Origin: a virus
Taxonomy: Duplodnaviria > Caudoviricetes
Length of the DNA stretch: 39,893 nucleotides
Virus record (IMG/VR): IMGVR_UViG_3300032024_000094
Location: 1 to 39,893 of that record
Direction: 5' to 3' (one strand)
Program-made: the position numbers and the translations under genes
Part shown: positions 25,949-33,784 of the stretch, one piece after another
How positions within the stretch are numbered: position 1 is the first letter of the stretch
Layout of the letters: every line of letters begins with the position of its first letter
Notes under the pieces: generated by a model
What the model was told of the DNA's origin: nothing
The model's input: only the letters and a program-made list of their open reading frames with translations
Databases searched by the model: none

Positions 25949-26416
25949 CTATTCCTTGGGGATGGAGAGGCCGCTCGCGCGGATCGCCGACGCGATGGGG
26001 ATCACGAGAGAGCTGCGCCCGGGGACGGCGCCGCGGCTGGTGGAGGGGGCCATCGCTTGCCGCTTGACGGCCTTCGAGCCGGTAGGGGCGAGGGGCTGTG
26101 GGCGGGGTTCCACTTTGCTCTGCACCTTCTGCGTGATGGCCTCCCATGCGCCGGGAGCAAGGCCCGTCCCGGGCTGCACGTTTGTCACGCCCGGCCCGGT
26201 GGCCGGCATTGTCGGCTTCGGAACGGTGCCGGGCCCGGACCAATTCCACTGCCCGTCCGAGCCGAGCTTCAGCCAGCCGATCTGCTTGTACAGCGCGATG
26301 GCCGCCGCCTCCGACAGCGGCTGTGCCGAAGACGAAACGGTGCCATCGTAGACGCCCTGGGTCACCAGCTGCCCGGAGCCGGGCGGGTACTCGACAAAAC
26401 CGGGGGGAACGACCAT
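25949..26416 (-). CDS. Virion protein with gp7.3-like C-terminus
   Basis: 155 aa directly upstream of the portal; ends GRSSLVIP...SGLSIP, like the T7 gp7.3 C-terminus. Confidence 0.6.
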   Translation of the reverse strand: MVVPPGFVEYPPGSGQLVTQGVYDGTVSSSAQPLSEAAAIALYKQIGWLKLGSDGQWNWSGPGTVPKPTMPATGPGVTNVQPGTGLAPGAWEAITQKVQSKVEPRPQPLAPTGSKAVKRQAMAPSTSRGAVPGRSSLVIPIASAIRASGLSIPKE

Positions 26417-26418
26417 GG

Positions 26419-26667
26419 CTACAACCCACCAATCTGCAAGCCGCTCTGAATCACGCCCGCTCGCGCGGAGGGGATCACGAGCGAGCTGCGGCCAGACCCG
26501 GCCTGCTTCTTCTTCTTGTCTGCGCGGAGGCCGACGGTGGCGCCCTCAAACTGCGGCACCAGGCTGTCGAGCTGCGTGGGCGCGAGGGCCGGCGGGGGCG
26601 GAGGCGGCGGCGGAGCCGGGGGCTGCTGGTACTGCTTGGGGATCTTGGGGGAAGACATGAAACACAT
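26419..26667 (-). CDS. Small virion protein, T7 gp6.7/7.3-like
   Basis: Start MCFMSSPKIPK (T7 gp6.7 begins MCFSPKI); poly-Pro, Lys-rich; ends GRSSLVIP..SGLQI. Confidence 0.7.
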   Translation of the reverse strand: MCFMSSPKIPKQYQQPPAPPPPPPPPALAPTQLDSLVPQFEGATVGLRADKKKKQAGSGRSSLVIPSARAGVIQSGLQIGGL

Positions 26668-26684
26668 TTGCCGGGTTGCTCCAG

Positions 26685-26876
26685 TTACCCCCTGCTCTCC
26701 GAGCGAGCGACGAGGTCGAGAAGGAAGGTGACAACGCTCCTCCGCCCAGCATCGAACCAAACCTTGCGGTCTGGGTCTGACATGGACGGGCAGCGTTCGG
26801 GGAACGTGGCGTCGAGCTGGTCGATCAGCTCGGCCGCCAGGACAGGAATGGAGGTCAGGGGCTCGAGTTTTGCCAT
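26685..26876 (-). CDS. Conserved small Autographiviridae protein preceding the head module
   Basis: 63 aa; 'L...FPE.CP....DR.VW..AG.RSVV.FL' pattern; GAGGA RBS. Confidence 0.75.
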   Translation of the reverse strand: MAKLEPLTSIPVLAAELIDQLDATFPERCPSMSDPDRKVWFDAGRRSVVTFLLDLVARSESRG

Positions 26877-26880
26877 GTGG

Positions 26881-26903
26881 TCCTCAATAGCAGTAACCTT
26901 GGT
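26881..26903 (-). promoter_or_regulatory. Candidate phage RNA polymerase promoter (late)
   Basis: ACCAAGGTTACTGCTATTGAGGA; near-identical copy at 37875-37896; intergenic, upstream of the structural genes. Confidence 0.7.
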
Positions 26904-26918
26904 AGCGATTTTCCTCGA

Positions 26919-27257
26919 TCACCCTGCGTCATCGTGCAGGTCACGCCAAATATGGGCGTGCGCAACACCCCACTCCGCGTCGTGATCGTACTCCCTGATG
27001 CTCTCCTGCTTCGAGCTGCGCCACACTTTGACGTGAGCCCACTCATGCATGAGGATCAGGGTGGCGGTGTCTTCATCGAGGTCGCGGGCTAGGCGGATGC
27101 GGAAATACCTCCTCCCGCCCGCGTCGGTTCGCAGGGAGGAGTCCCCAAACGCACCCGGCAGCGCCGCCCTGCGGAGTTCCACGGGGTACGCTGCCGGGTG
27201 ATGGAGTCGAAGGAACCGCGCCACCTGCCGCAGAGTCAGGTTGAAGCCGGCGGGCAC
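26919..27257 (-). CDS. Small HEXXH zinc metallopeptidase-like protein (SprT/minigluzincin-like)
   Basis: GTG start at 27257 with GGGGAGG RBS; TLILMHEWAH plus downstream H(DAEW) third ligand. Confidence 0.7.
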   Translation of the reverse strand: MPAGFNLTLRQVARFLRLHHPAAYPVELRRAALPGAFGDSSLRTDAGGRRYFRIRLARDLDEDTATLILMHEWAHVKVWRSSKQESIREYDHDAEWGVAHAHIWRDLHDDAG

Positions 27258-27268
27258 TGCTGCCTCCC

Positions 27269-27946
27269 CTAGAGCGATACGGTGGAGAACTGCTCGCGCA
27301 GCTTGGCTTGGTCGCCAATGACCACACCCCTTCGGATGTGGCCTACCTGCAAGCCAACGTGGATGTAGGTCGGCATCCCCAGCAGCGTCAGCTGCCGGCA
27401 GATGTTGACGTCCTCTCCGACGAAGCTGCGTTTGTCCACCCGGCACTTGATGGAGAACGGAACGGCCACGGTCTTGCCGTTGAGTTCGATGTCCATCACC
27501 TCGGTGGCCGCGTTGCTCAGCGCCAGCGCGGCGTGCCGCGAGAGCATGAGGAACCCGGTGCCGGTGCCATCGACACGCACGAGGTTGTCCCGAATCACCG
27601 CGCCCGGGATCACCCCGTGGACGTAGCTATCCTGGTGGCGGCTGACATAGGACACGCCGATGACGTCCTTCTTCGCAGCCACCAGCTCGGTCACTGCGTG
27701 CCAGGGCCACGACATGTCGGCGTCCACGAAGAGAAGGTGTGTCGCCTTCACCGGGTGGTCGAGGAACTGCGTGAGCAGAATCGACCGCGCCTGTTCGAGG
27801 TACGGCTTCCCGCAGAGCGGTGCCCAGAGCACGCCGACCTGCTGAGAGTACACGTTCGCCATCGTGTCGATGAGCGACATGACGTACGGCTCAGGGAAGT
27901 CACCGGAGTGGCAGGGGGTGGCGATCATCACGATGGGCATGGTCAT
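27269..27946 (-). CDS. GT-A fold glycosyltransferase-like protein
   Basis: Start MTMPIVMIATP at 27946 with GGAGGAG RBS; THLLFVDAD (DxD), GTGFLML.R, GED..C and C-terminal GH motifs. Confidence 0.8.
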   Translation of the reverse strand: MTMPIVMIATPCHSGDFPEPYVMSLIDTMANVYSQQVGVLWAPLCGKPYLEQARSILLTQFLDHPVKATHLLFVDADMSWPWHAVTELVAAKKDVIGVSYVSRHQDSYVHGVIPGAVIRDNLVRVDGTGTGFLMLSRHAALALSNAATEVMDIELNGKTVAVPFSIKCRVDKRSFVGEDVNICRQLTLLGMPTYIHVGLQVGHIRRGVVIGDQAKLREQFSTVSL

Positions 27947-27968
27947 AGAGAAGCTCCTCCAAAGGTAA

Positions 27969-28694
27969 TCACGGTGTCGCCATGATCGCGTTCGCGACGT
28001 GCTTGCCGAACCGCAGCGCGCCAGACGAATAGCCGGGACACGGGACCGTCGAGACACCCACCGGGCAGAAGTGCAGCCCAAGCGGCTCGCGGATCAAGAT
28101 CGTCCCGTTCACACAGCCCGTCTCGGCCGTCTCGCCGATCAGGCAGGGAAGGCTTTGCGTGTAGGCGCCGAGCAGAGAAACCGACTGGCGTGGCGCGGGC
28201 GTGATTGAAACGACGGGGTACGCCACCGCTAGGCTGCGGGCAATCCGAATGATTTCGTCAAGGTTCGCGTTGTGCGGGGCCATGAACGACCCGACTGGCG
28301 GCGGCTCTACGAAGACCAGCGGCGTTCCGTGCGCCTGCGCGGTGGCAAAGAACGTCTCTAGGTCTGTCTCGAACTGTGCGAAATACTCCTCGGAGCCGAG
28401 CGGCCACGCTCCACTGCACGGCGTCAGACTGTTCCCGGCGGTCTCGACGACGACGAGCGCGAGGCCCGTTTGAATGTCGGCCAGGAACGCCGGCAGGTAG
28501 TTGCAGAGCGAGCCGCCGGGATACTGCTTGACCTCCCCGTACCAGACCGGGTCGTCCGTAAGCCGCTGCTTGATCGTCGGCGCAGCCTCGCGGATCAGCG
28601 AGTCTCCGTAGACAATAACGTGCCGCGTGCCGCAGTCTGCGGCAATGAGCAGCACCTGCAGCAAGCACAGGGCGAGAGCGAGCGAACGAATCAT
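27969..28694 (-). CDS. Exported SGNH/GDSL hydrolase-like protein
   Basis: Signal-like N-terminus ending AADC; block I GDSL, block II G (PGG), block III GN, block V H (LGLHFC). Confidence 0.75.
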   Translation of the reverse strand: MIRSLALALCLLQVLLIAADCGTRHVIVYGDSLIREAAPTIKQRLTDDPVWYGEVKQYPGGSLCNYLPAFLADIQTGLALVVVETAGNSLTPCSGAWPLGSEEYFAQFETDLETFFATAQAHGTPLVFVEPPPVGSFMAPHNANLDEIIRIARSLAVAYPVVSITPAPRQSVSLLGAYTQSLPCLIGETAETGCVNGTILIREPLGLHFCPVGVSTVPCPGYSSGALRFGKHVANAIMATP

Positions 28695-29788
28695 GCCGAG
28701 TACCGCCTGTAGAGCACCGGAGTAGAGGTGCCAAAGTTGATGTCGTGGGTGGTTGCTCCGGCCGTGAGCGGGTTGGGAAGCGCCGCATAGGTGAACGCTG
28801 TGAGCCGGTAGCCAATGCCCGGCACGCCCGAGACGACGCCGAGAGCGTTCCAGAACGCTTCGTGAATCGTCCCACGAACGACCGGAGAGCCGCCGTCAAT
28901 CGTGAGGGCAATCCAGTAAAGGGCTCCGGGCGTGAGCACGCGGGGCGTTCCGAGTGTGTACGCCTTGGCGCCTGTTCCTGTAAGAGAGATCGAGCCGGAG
29001 TCTTCGAGCAGCGCGTTCGGGTAGAGAGTCGTATCAGACGTGTTGCTGTAGAGCCCGATGCGGCCGTTCTGTCCAGCCGCCTGGGTCGTAACGTCGAACA
29101 TGAGCTGGTCAATGGTTCCGCCGCGAACCTCGATGAACGAAATCAGCCAGATCGTGCCCGTCGCAAGCGTGACGCCGGCACCCGTGCCATAGCAGTGGTG
29201 ACGACCCGCCGGGTAGTAGTTGGCGGCAGTGACGTGCTGAAACTTGTCGTAGAACGCTCGCTCCGAAAGCCGAGAATCATTGCCAGCACAGGCTTGCGCC
29301 GCGCCCGTGCCAAGAGTACGCATCGACGCCGTGGCTGCTGCGCCGTCCTTGTTCGCGGCCGCCACCTTGGCATCTGTGATTGCGAGCGCAGCGACGGTCG
29401 GGTTCGGAAAGGTTCCCGTCAGGTCTCCACCAGCCGATCCGTTGGGTGCGCGGCTGTTCGAGAGCCGGGCATCGTCTCCTGCGCAAGCAGTTAGCGCGCC
29501 TGTGCCAAGCGTGCGCCGCGACCCTGTTCCCGCCGCGGCGTCCACGGGCGGTGTCACCCAGTGGCTGTTGTAGTCAGCCCCGTCAATCTTGGTGAGCTGC
29601 TGCTCGGTGGTTCCGCCAGCAGGAACGCCGGGCCCGGTGGCGCCGGTCGCACCCGTTGCCCCGGCAGCGCCAGTAGCGCCAGTAGCGCCCGTGGCGCCCG
29701 CAGCACCTGTCGCACCAGTAGCCCCGGTAGCCCCCGCTGTAATGAGCTGCCCAGCAGCGTTGTAAAGCTCGGTTGTCTGCTCGGCCAC
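28691..29788 (-). CDS. Collagen-repeat fibre-like protein
   Basis: 365 aa; 12 Gly-X-Y triplets, GVPAGGT..Q.L.K....DY...W neck motif, GGDLTGTFPNP, duplicated RTLGTGA..ACAG.D.RLS, C-terminal beta domain. Confidence 0.8.
   Translation of the reverse strand: MAEQTTELYNAAGQLITAGATGATGATGAAGATGATGATGAAGATGATGATGPGVPAGGTTEQQLTKIDGADYNSHWVTPPVDAAAGTGSRRTLGTGALTACAGDDARLSNSRAPNGSAGGDLTGTFPNPTVAALAITDAKVAAANKDGAAATASMRTLGTGAAQACAGNDSRLSERAFYDKFQHVTAANYYPAGRHHCYGTGAGVTLATGTIWLISFIEVRGGTIDQLMFDVTTQAAGQNGRIGLYSNTSDTTLYPNALLEDSGSISLTGTGAKAYTLGTPRVLTPGALYWIALTIDGGSPVVRGTIHEAFWNALGVVSGVPGIGYRLTAFTYAALPNPLTAGATTHDINFGTSTPVLYRRYSA
29627..29734 (-). repeat. Collagen-like repeat, protein pattern [(Gly-Ala-Thr)3-Gly-Ala-Ala]x2 then (Gly-Ala-Thr)3-Gly-Pro-Gly
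   Basis: Degenerate 9-bp tandem repeats with a 36-bp higher-order period encoding aa 19-54. Confidence 0.9.
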
Positions 29789-30090
29789 TATTGCTGCTCC
29801 ACTGCGCTGTAGTAGAAATCTACTCGCGATGCGTTGGTTGTTGAGTGCTCGATGTAGTCGCCCACTTCAAGCTCCGCCCGCACGACCAGCTTCCCGCCCG
29901 GGTCAACGGACACGTCGGCCAACTTTCGCGAGGTGCCAGAGAAGTTCGCGTAGACGACTACCTGTTCAGCCACGGTCGCGTGCGTGTTGAAGAACGTGCC
30001 CTTCACGACGCATTTGTACGTCGCGGTGAACGCTGTGGTCTTGGTAACCGGGAGCTGCCCCTCGGCTTTGCTCGCAATCGTGTTCGCCAT
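29788..30090 (-). CDS. Small beta-rich protein, probably fibre-associated or structural
   Basis: Start MANTIASK at 30090; 100 aa; coupled to the collagen-fibre gene. Confidence 0.65.
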   Translation of the reverse strand: MANTIASKAEGQLPVTKTTAFTATYKCVVKGTFFNTHATVAEQVVVYANFSGTSRKLADVSVDPGGKLVVRAELEVGDYIEHSTTNASRVDFYYSAVEQQ

Positions 30091-30287
30091 TAGAGGTTCT
30101 CCATCCAGTACCAAGTGTCGTCGCCGGAGGCCGCGGCCAGCTCCTGCTGAAGCAGCAACACCCGATTCAGCAGGTCGAGGAACTGGGCGTTCGTGAACAT
30201 CACCCCGCTGGTAAGCGCATTGCCAACTGCGCGCAGCTTCGCTTCCAGTACCAGACGCTCTTCTTCGAGATAGCGCGGGTCAGCCAT
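30090..30287 (-). CDS. Small coiled-coil hypothetical protein
   Basis: Start MADPRY at 30287 with GGAG RBS; 65 aa; stop overlaps the next start. Confidence 0.6.
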   Translation of the reverse strand: MADPRYLEEERLVLEAKLRAVGNALTSGVMFTNAQFLDLLNRVLLLQQELAAASGDDTWYWMENL

Positions 30288-30645
30288 CGCTCCGCACCAG
30301 TTCCGCAATCCACCGATCCAAGTACCACCGCGCCTTCTTCAGGTCGCCGAGCGCCGGGCCTTTGCGTCCTGCACGGGCGATGTACTTGACCACGTTGCCC
30401 AAGCAGAACCCGAGACCCCAGTCGAGGATCACGTCGATGGGCTCGTGCCGGCGCCCGCCGATGTAGTGCGGGGGGTGGCTGACGATGGTGTGCTCCGGCG
30501 GCAACACAGGGCGGCCGAGCGCATCAATGTCACACTCCTCCGCCGCCGCCCCCGCCCGCCCACTCATGTACGCGGTAACTTCCTCTTCGAGCCCCCGCGG
30601 CGGAGCGGGTACATCAGGAAGCCACCGACGATACGTTTTCGACAC
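30280..30645 (-). CDS. DUF3310 protein (T7 gp1.7-like nucleotide kinase family)
   Basis: HPPHY..EPIDVI..GFCLGNVVKYI.RAG.K...DLKKA.WYL signature. Confidence 0.88.
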   Translation of the reverse strand: MSKTYRRWLPDVPAPPRGLEEEVTAYMSGRAGAAAEECDIDALGRPVLPPEHTIVSHPPHYIGGRRHEPIDVILDWGLGFCLGNVVKYIARAGRKGPALGDLKKARWYLDRWIAELVRSDG

Positions 30646-30758
30646 TATTCCTCCGTTCCGTAGACCGCATCGACCACGAGAAGCACCGCCCCCGCGACAC
30701 CGCAGAGAACGCAGAACCAGATGAAGAACGCCGTGTTGACTAGGCGTGTGGCACCCAC
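30645..30758 (-). CDS. Small membrane protein (37 aa)
   Basis: Manual translation MGATRLVNTAFFIWFCVLCGVAGAVLLVVDAVYGTEE; GAGGTG RBS; fills the gap and overlaps both neighbours. Confidence 0.5.
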   Translation of the reverse strand: MGATRLVNTAFFIWFCVLCGVAGAVLLVVDAVYGTEE

Positions 30759-31486
30759 AGTTTCACCTCGCCGGTCTTGAAGTTGTAGTCGCCGTGCTGC
30801 AGGATGTAGGCCATACGAGCCATGAGCAGTGCGTGCTCAGCAGTGAGCCCCTTGCTGTCGTACGCTTCGAGAATGGCGTACCACGCCGCAACACCGTCGC
30901 CGCGCGTGCCATCGAGGATCTTGTCCGCACGCACGGGCCCGACACCGGGGCAGCCGGAGTAGCCGTCGGTCGGGTCTCCGGTGAGGATCTGTCGGTAGAA
31001 GTTGGCCTCAGCTTCGATGTAGCCGACATTGAACACGTCGTCTCCCGGCCGGCGCCAGTTGAAGTGCCAGCCGGGGGTGTTCATCAGGTCCTTGTCGATC
31101 GTGGCGATCACGGTGTCCTCTGCAGCTGTGGCCATGATCGAAAGCAGATCGTCGGCCTCCAGCGCCACCTCTGTCATCGATGGATACTCGCGCGACATCT
31201 CCCGGCGAACTTCCTTCAGCAACGTGGGCCGAACCTTCCCGATGCGGTTCGCCTTGTACTGGGGGTTTATGACCTTGCGGAAGTTCTCGTGGCCGCTCCA
31301 GCAGAGAACCAGGTCTGGCCCGCAGTAGCGCACAATTTTGCCAATGGTCTGGGCGGCCACCTCCAGCGCGAGGGGGAGATCGGTGTAAACCCGGCCACCT
31401 GCGCCGTCGTCCCAGTCGATCATGAATTGGGCTTGTGCGGCTGCCTCATATGCGATAATGTCCGCATCCACGAAAATCTTAGCCAT
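30740..31486 (-). CDS. 5'-3' exonuclease (T7 gp6-like)
   Basis: DADIIAY, NFRK..P.YKANR, LEADD, DKDL and GDPTDGYSGCPGVG motifs. Confidence 0.95.
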   Translation of the reverse strand: MAKIFVDADIIAYEAAAQAQFMIDWDDGAGGRVYTDLPLALEVAAQTIGKIVRYCGPDLVLCWSGHENFRKVINPQYKANRIGKVRPTLLKEVRREMSREYPSMTEVALEADDLLSIMATAAEDTVIATIDKDLMNTPGWHFNWRRPGDDVFNVGYIEAEANFYRQILTGDPTDGYSGCPGVGPVRADKILDGTRGDGVAAWYAILEAYDSKGLTAEHALLMARMAYILQHGDYNFKTGEVKLWVPHA

Positions 31487-32021
31487 TCAGTTCCTTTTGG
31501 ATCTCTTCGTGTGTGAGGGACTCGTAGCGACGACGGTCGGTGTACTGTTTGCGTCGGTTGTCTTCGCGGGAGAGCCACTGAACATTCCCCGGGCAGTAAT
31601 CGCCGTCGGGATTGATCCTGTCTTGACATGCACCTGGAAAATACGAAGGGCCCATGTCAGCCAGCCAGTTCTCGAAGTCATGCCAGCGGGGGTGAACCCG
31701 GATGCCGCGGCCACCATAGTTTGAGTAAGACGCGTGTGCTGGGTAAGTACACCGAGCTATCATACAGCTCCACCGGACATACAGGGGGGACTTCCCACGC
31801 CTAGAACAGTGTCCGTGAGTGCGATTTGCCTTGACGGTGGCTTCTTGCTGACCACACCCACAAGACCGAGTCGTCCCGTGCTTTACGCTTTCAACCCTTG
31901 CTTCCGTCTTTGCGCCGCATGAGCACAAATACAAACCGTACCGACGCATCCGCCCACCTGCTGTTTTACGAGTCCCTAAATCTTCAATCAACACCAACTT
32001 GTTTAGTGTGTCTGCGCCCAT
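31479..32021 (-). CDS. Free-standing HNH-like (homing) endonuclease
   Basis: C.CG..SCGC, W..M..RC, YGGRGI.V..RW..F..W..DMG and DRI..DG.Y.P.N..W motifs; overlaps the polA 3' end; start 32021 or 32057. Confidence 0.8.
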   Translation of the reverse strand: MGADTLNKLVLIEDLGTRKTAGGRMRRYGLYLCSCGAKTEARVESVKHGTTRSCGCGQQEATVKANRTHGHCSRRGKSPLYVRWSCMIARCTYPAHASYSNYGGRGIRVHPRWHDFENWLADMGPSYFPGACQDRINPDGDYCPGNVQWLSREDNRRKQYTDRRRYESLTHEEIQKELNG

Positions 32022-33784
32022 GTACCCCCGATGCGGTACTTGGCATCCAACGGACACCGAAGTGCGTAGTGCTCCCCGCTCCCACGAATGCAGTCCACCG
32101 CAAGCATCCCAACCTCGTTGGCGCAGCTCTCGGCGGCGTTCGTCTGCATCTCATCATGGGAGAAGAGCGCGGGCCGAGCCGGAAGCTGTCGACGCGCGAT
32201 CTCTTCGTAGTACGCAACGAACGCCCATTTCATCACAACCGCGCCGCTGCCCTGCAGCAGCGTGTTCAGCGCAGAGTGCTGAGATCGCACGCGCGCCTTG
32301 CGGCCGTCGGGCAGGAGCAGATAGCCACGCGCAACAGCACCGGACACTGCCAACTTCAGGCGAGAGAGCCCGGCGATCTTCGCAATGAACTGTGCCTTCA
32401 GCTCTCCGGCCCGGCGCTCGGTGCAGCTTAGAATTGCGGCCAGCTTTGCGTTCCCGGCACCATAGAGGAATGCGTAGATGAACGTCTTAGCGGTGTCACG
32501 ACTCTCAATCCCGAGGGCCTGCATCGTGAGCGAGTGAACATCACCTTCAATGACTTCGCGTGCGTACGCACCATCGTCGTAGCGCGCGAGATAGTGGGCG
32601 AGCATGCGGAGTTCCAGTCCGCTAGCGTCTGCGCCAACAAGAACGGTATGCTCGTCATCCGCCACAAACAGAGCACGGCATTCTTCACCATACGGATTCC
32701 CAACCTTCGGCACTTGGCTCATGTTCGGGTGAGAATGAGAACAACGGCTGGTGACGGCTCCCGTAGGATGCACCGTGCCGTGAATCCGCCCACGCCGCTC
32801 CACCTTGAGCCAAGCTTGACTGCCTTCTCCCAGTTGCCCGATTCTTTTGTCGACTGTCAAGTATTCTATCAGCGTAGGAATACAGGGGTAAGGCAGGTCC
32901 TCTAAGGTTGCTTCGTCTACCGTGGGCTTCCCGTTACCGCCGAAGGCGTCGGGCTTCCACCCGAAGAGCTGCACCAGGCGGTTCCCGATGTGGTCTCGGG
33001 AGCCGGGGTTGAACGTGACAGTGGCCGTCCGCTTGATGGGGACGCCTTTGACGTAGCCCTTCGTCGCATTGCTGCGCTTCGGGACAAACTCGCCGAGAGA
33101 GATTTCCCATGGCGGGAACATCGCAGCAAGCTCCGCCTCCAGTGCAAAGCGGCGGTGGTAGAGCTTGAGCAGGAGGGACTTGGCCCCCTCCACGTCAAAC
33201 CGAATCCCACACTTCTCCTGCTCGAACAGAATCTTGGCAGCGCGCATCTCGATGTTGACTGACTCACCCGGCATCGCGCGGGCGAACAGGTGACCGAACA
33301 GGTGCTCGGTCAGCGCAACGTCCTGGCGGCAGTACACCAGCATCTCGGGGCTGAACTCTTTCCAGTCTGCGGTCTTCCCAAACTCGCCCTTGAAGTCTTG
33401 GAGGCGGTGCCCCCACGCCTCCAACGAGTGCCTGCCAATCATCGTCTTCGGGAAACTGGCATCCCGGGCAGAACGAGAGAAGTCCTCCTGCTTCAGCTCC
33501 GGGTAGATCATCCGAGACAGCACGAGCGTGTCGATCAGCTCGCCACCGGGATTGAAGCCGGGGAACAGTTTCTGAAGCACCGGGATGTCAAACCCGATAA
33601 TGTTGTGACCCACGAGGAGCTGAGCATCGCGCAGGTAGTACAACGCCCGACGCACTTCATCAACACCAACGAACGACAGCTCCTCCCCGGTGTCGATGCT
33701 CCGCAGCACTGCGCAGTGAGCAGTCGTGACGGTGTCGAGAAGGCCGTCGGTTTCGATGTCGAACACCACGCGATCCATGCGCAT
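32003..33784 (-). CDS. polA: DNA polymerase, family A (T7 gp5-like)
   Basis: Exonuclease motifs DIETDG, GHNI..FD and YC.QDV; polymerase motifs DASGLELR, AKTFIYAFLYGAG and HDE; start MRMDR at 33784. Confidence 0.97.
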   Translation of the reverse strand: MRMDRVVFDIETDGLLDTVTTAHCAVLRSIDTGEELSFVGVDEVRRALYYLRDAQLLVGHNIIGFDIPVLQKLFPGFNPGGELIDTLVLSRMIYPELKQEDFSRSARDASFPKTMIGRHSLEAWGHRLQDFKGEFGKTADWKEFSPEMLVYCRQDVALTEHLFGHLFARAMPGESVNIEMRAAKILFEQEKCGIRFDVEGAKSLLLKLYHRRFALEAELAAMFPPWEISLGEFVPKRSNATKGYVKGVPIKRTATVTFNPGSRDHIGNRLVQLFGWKPDAFGGNGKPTVDEATLEDLPYPCIPTLIEYLTVDKRIGQLGEGSQAWLKVERRGRIHGTVHPTGAVTSRCSHSHPNMSQVPKVGNPYGEECRALFVADDEHTVLVGADASGLELRMLAHYLARYDDGAYAREVIEGDVHSLTMQALGIESRDTAKTFIYAFLYGAGNAKLAAILSCTERRAGELKAQFIAKIAGLSRLKLAVSGAVARGYLLLPDGRKARVRSQHSALNTLLQGSGAVVMKWAFVAYYEEIARRQLPARPALFSHDEMQTNAAESCANEVGMLAVDCIRGSGEHYALRCPLDAKYRIGGTWAQTH

